64,000 nt of DNA from Sulfuricurvum sp. (GTDB lineage: Bacteria; Campylobacterota; Campylobacteria; Campylobacterales; Sulfurimonadaceae), in contig DAISIO010000001.1 of the NCBI GenBank assembly GCA_036821965.1, positions 195,489-259,488 on the forward strand. The letters run 5' to 3'. The notes under the pieces are model-generated. The model had not been told where the DNA came from, ran no database searches, and was given only the letters and a program-made list of their open reading frames with translations. Of this stretch, positions 60,939 through 64,000 are shown in pieces. The position numbers and the translations under genes are program-made. Every line of letters begins with the position of its first letter. The first letter of the stretch is position 1.

Positions 60939-61963
60939 GTATCCAACAGCCCTTGGTATGTATTTGCATACCAAACTACAACAACGAAACAACCATCTCC
61001 GAAACACTAGATTCCATTTTGAATCAGACATATAAAAATATCATTATCAAAATATTTGATAATGCCTCAACAGATGGCAGTATGAAAATACTAAGAGAAT
61101 ATGAAGCGAAATACCCACATATAAAAGTTTTTCAAAATGAAACCAATATTGGTGGGGAAGCTAATTTTACTAGATGTATAGAAAATATGGAAGGTGAATA
61201 CAGTGCCGTTTATCATGCTGACGATCTGTACTCTCCGACTATGATACAAGAGCAAGTGGAGTTTTTACAGGCACAGCAAGAATGCAGTGCCGTAGCGACA
61301 CACGCACTTACGATAGACCATAAGTCTCATATAATGGGAGCACGATTTTTACCGAATGAACTTTGCAATACAGATGAATATATCTTTGAGAACCAATACG
61401 AGCTGTTTCACATGATTCTCAAATATGGCAATATTATCACTTGTCCAAGTGTTATGGCACGAACAGATATTTATAAAAACAATATACGGCAGTGGAATGG
61501 ATCTGATTTTAAAACATCAGCTGATCTCGATGTATGGCTGAGATTGGCTAGCTTTGGAAAATTTGGATTTATTACAAAACCACTGATGAGCTATAGGGTA
61601 TCCGAGGCAAGTTATTCGTATAATTTAGCACGGATAGGCACAGATGAACATGATATGTTTTTAGTACTGAAATATTATTTGGTAAAACCTGAGATCCAAA
61701 GTAGTTTGACTCAAGAGGACAATGACAACTACAATTCTCTTGTTTTCAAAGACAATGTTCTTAGAGCATTCAACAAGTTTATTCAGGGGAAAAGCGAACC
61801 ATTACCACTATCTCTATTCTCATGGCCAGTGCTAAAAAATGTTTTTAGAATTAGAATAAAAATGAAGATCTATATAGCAGGAATCCTCATATCGTTAGTG
61901 CAACCATTCTCAAAGATAAAAGCAATGCAAAAATTGTTTTACCGTTTGAGGTTTGGTGTATGA
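60935..61963 (+). CDS. Family 2 glycosyltransferase, copy 1
   Basis: TTG start at 60935, 8 nt after 'aaggag' and overlapping the wzx stop. GT-A N-terminus 'VCICIPNYNNETTISETLDSILNQTY' with 'FDNASTDGS' and 'HADD'. Confidence 0.8.
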   Translation: MSIQQPLVCICIPNYNNETTISETLDSILNQTYKNIIIKIFDNASTDGSMKILREYEAKYPHIKVFQNETNIGGEANFTRCIENMEGEYSAVYHADDLYSPTMIQEQVEFLQAQQECSAVATHALTIDHKSHIMGARFLPNELCNTDEYIFENQYELFHMILKYGNIITCPSVMARTDIYKNNIRQWNGSDFKTSADLDVWLRLASFGKFGFITKPLMSYRVSEASYSYNLARIGTDEHDMFLVLKYYLVKPEIQSSLTQEDNDNYNSLVFKDNVLRAFNKFIQGKSEPLPLSLFSWPVLKNVFRIRIKMKIYIAGILISLVQPFSKIKAMQKLFYRLRFGV

Positions 61964-62037
61964 ATGAGCATTATGTTTGTATTATATTTTTATTTGTTCT
62001 TTACCAATTCACAAAACGTCAGGGAGTAATAATTTGA
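61960..62037 (+). repeat. Duplication scar: wzy start codons fused to a copy of the wzx 3' end (25-codon chimeric mini-ORF)
   Basis: 'atgaat' equals the wzy start at 63059. Positions 61975-62037 are homologous to wzx 60880-60938; the tail reads 'FLFVLYQFTKRQGVII*' against the wzx tail 'FLFVLYRFIKLQGVMI*'. Confidence 0.75.
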
Positions 62038-63062
62038 GGACGCAACAACCCTTGGTATGTATCTGTATACCAAACTACAACAACGAAAATACAATTTCTG
62101 AAACACTTGATTCTTTAGTCAATCAGACATATAAAAATATCATCATTAAAATCTTTGACAATGCGTCCACGGATAGCAGCATGACTATATTAAAAGGTTA
62201 TCAAGCCAAATACAATAATATTCATCTTTTTCAAAACGAGACTAACATCGGTGGAGAAGCAAATTTTACAAAATGTATCGAAAATATGGAGGGTGAATTT
62301 GGAGCTGTTTTTCATGCGGATGATATTTACTCACCAACTATGATACAAGAGCAAGTGGAGTTTTTACAGAATCAGCAAGAATGTAGTGCGGTAGCAACAC
62401 ATGCACATACGATAAACAGTCATTCGAAAATTACGGGAGAGCGATTGTTACCTAATGAATTTAAAAAAACAGCGAGTCATATTTTCGATAACGAAGTGGA
62501 GTTGTTAAAAATCATATTAAAATTCGGCAACATCATCACTTGCCCGAGTGTCATGGCACGTACAGAGATTTATAAAAATCAAATTCAGCAGTGGAATGGA
62601 ACAGACTATAAAACATCTGCTGATCTCGATGTATGGTTACGATTAGCACAATTTGGAAAATTTGGATTTATCACAAAGCCATTGATGAACTATAGAGTAT
62701 CTGAAGCGAGTTACTCCTATAATCTTGCGCGGATGCGAATATATGAGGATGATATCTTCCTAGTTTTAAATAGTTGGGCAGGAAAAAGAGCTATATGGAG
62801 TTTTTTAGCACAAGAAGATAAAGATAATTATGATTTTCTTATTTTTAAGGATAATATTTTTAGAATGATTAATGAATTCATTCAGGGGAAAAAGACATCA
62901 TTGCCTTTATATGTATTTTCATGGAAAATTTTAAAAATAGGTCTTCGGTCAAAAAAAAAGATAAAAATTTATCTTGCTGGAATTTTTATTGCATTTTTAC
63001 AACCATTTCCAAAAGTAAATGCATTGCGTAAATTGTTGTATTATGTTAGATTTGGAAAATGA
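62034..63062 (+). CDS. Family 2 glycosyltransferase, copy 2 (tandem paralogue)
   Basis: TTG start at 62034 after 'agggag'. Collinear with copy 1 over all 342 codons without indels, at roughly 70% aa identity by eye. Confidence 0.8.
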   Translation: MRTQQPLVCICIPNYNNENTISETLDSLVNQTYKNIIIKIFDNASTDSSMTILKGYQAKYNNIHLFQNETNIGGEANFTKCIENMEGEFGAVFHADDIYSPTMIQEQVEFLQNQQECSAVATHAHTINSHSKITGERLLPNEFKKTASHIFDNEVELLKIILKFGNIITCPSVMARTEIYKNQIQQWNGTDYKTSADLDVWLRLAQFGKFGFITKPLMNYRVSEASYSYNLARMRIYEDDIFLVLNSWAGKRAIWSFLAQEDKDNYDFLIFKDNIFRMINEFIQGKKTSLPLYVFSWKILKIGLRSKKKIKIYLAGIFIAFLQPFPKVNALRKLLYYVRFGK

Positions 63063-64000
63063 ATAAAATTACTTCCGTAACCATTGCTGATTCGAATTCA
63101 GATTTTATTAATAGTAAGTTTTTTAAATTAAAATTCTCAATAAATAGTATTTTTTTAATATTTTTATTTTATTTTTCTCCTTTTATGGATGCGCTATCTG
63201 GTTATATTATTTTATCAGGTTCATTAGATGCTGGAAGTGCTGGTTCAGTTTCTCAAATATTTAGATTTGTTATATTATTATTGTCATTATTTATAGTTTT
63301 AAAAGATAATAAGTTCTTTTATATTGTTATATTGACTTTTGTATATATCGTTATCTTTGAATCTTTTATTACATTTTTTCATCAAAGTTCATATGGATAC
63401 ATTATTGGATTAATTTATGGATCAAAAATATTGTATCTCATGTTGATTTTTTTAGCTCTTTGGATAATGTACAAAAATAATGAACTTACTTTTGATAAAT
63501 TACTTTTATTCGTTAGAAATACTAGTCTCATATCAACATTATTATTAATTATTCCTTTCTTTCTTAATATCGGCTTTCATACATATGATGAAGGAACTTT
63601 CGGCTTTAAAGGTTTTTTTGCTGCAGGAAATGGACTTGGACTTTATATGGGGGCAGGATTGATGCTAACTATATATCAATGGAGTAGAAGTAAAAATCTA
63701 TTTTCATTATTTTACATTCTATTAATTATATTTGCTACAGTAATTATTGGTTCTAAAGCAGCTTTAGCATTTTCCCTAACGGGTTTGATTTCAGTAATAT
63801 TTTTATTAAATAATAAATATTTATTTTTATTTGTTTTGTTAAGTGTAATAGCGTTTATTTATATGTTTTTTGACGAGATTGTTATAATTTTTAGTACTGT
63901 TTTCGATCATATATTGTTTTTATATGGAGATGGGGGTAACTTTTGGTCTTTTATATTGAGCTCGAGAGATCTTTTTTTATCAGATGCTATAGATAATCTT
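63059..64000 (+). CDS. wzy: O-antigen/capsule repeat-unit polymerase Wzy (O-antigen ligase-like family), 3' end beyond the window
   Basis: Absent from the ORF track because no stop falls in the window. I translated it by hand from the ATG at 63059 (ATGA overlap with GT2 copy 2) and found no stop through 64000. Poly-TM, with loop 'FGFKGFFAAGNGLGLYMGAG'. Extremely AT-rich. Confidence 0.65.
   Translation, partial: MNKITSVTIADSNSDFINSKFFKLKFSINSIFLIFLFYFSPFMDALSGYIILSGSLDAGSAGSVSQIFRFVILLLSLFIVLKDNKFFYIVILTFVYIVIFESFITFFHQSSYGYIIGLIYGSKILYLMLIFLALWIMYKNNELTFDKLLLFVRNTSLISTLLLIIPFFLNIGFHTYDEGTFGFKGFFAAGNGLGLYMGAGLMLTIYQWSRSKNLFSLFYILLIIFATVIIGSKAALAFSLTGLISVIFLLNNKYLFLFVLLSVIAFIYMFFDEIVIIFSTVFDHILFLYGDGGNFWSFILSSRDLFLSDAIDNL

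Noticed and set aside
1-64000. A search by eye for CRISPR arrays, tRNA/rRNA genes, transposases, integrases and phage genes.
   Set aside because: I saw no regularly spaced repeats, no cloverleaf-like conserved tRNA boxes, and no ORF with recombinase or transposase motifs. The polysaccharide locus looks mosaic, but no mobility genes are visible in this window.

Overview
The window looks like a chromosomal segment of a Campylobacterota-type (epsilonproteobacterial) bacterium. That assignment is an inference from protein similarity and gene order, not from a search. The first ~36.5 kb is densely packed core genome. It holds a truncated mscL, a tolC-macA-macB-type efflux operon, a rhodanese, yaeQ, a TonB-dependent receptor, prmC and the ppiD-like/ftsA/ftsZ block. 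It also holds bioA, rsmH, ispB-like/hemA/proS, hemC, a UbiD-family decarboxylase, argH, pheST, aroA, ispH and uppS. From ~36.6 kb to the window end lies a ~27 kb Wzx/Wzy-type surface-polysaccharide locus, and this is the part worth attention. It encodes a lytic transglycosylase, a 928-aa Wza-like exporter with about seven SLBB repeats, and a kinase-less Wzz. It carries three nucleotide-sugar pathways: dTDP-L-rhamnose, GDP-colitose, and a CDP-3,6-dideoxyhexose module containing a YerE-like ThDP enzyme. It also carries four glycosyltransferases (two are tandem paralogues), wzx and a partial wzy. Several smaller features sit inside this locus. An MNT/HEPN pair follows wzz, and a ParE-type toxin-antitoxin pair is translationally nested between rfbD and rfbB. 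A 27-nt palindromic element is inserted twice in frame into rfbB. Direct repeats of ~55 bp bracket the rml cassette. A duplication scar fuses a wzy start to a wzx tail. I saw no rRNA, tRNA, CRISPR array, transposase or integrase. All calls come from reading the translations and DNA by eye; no searches were run.
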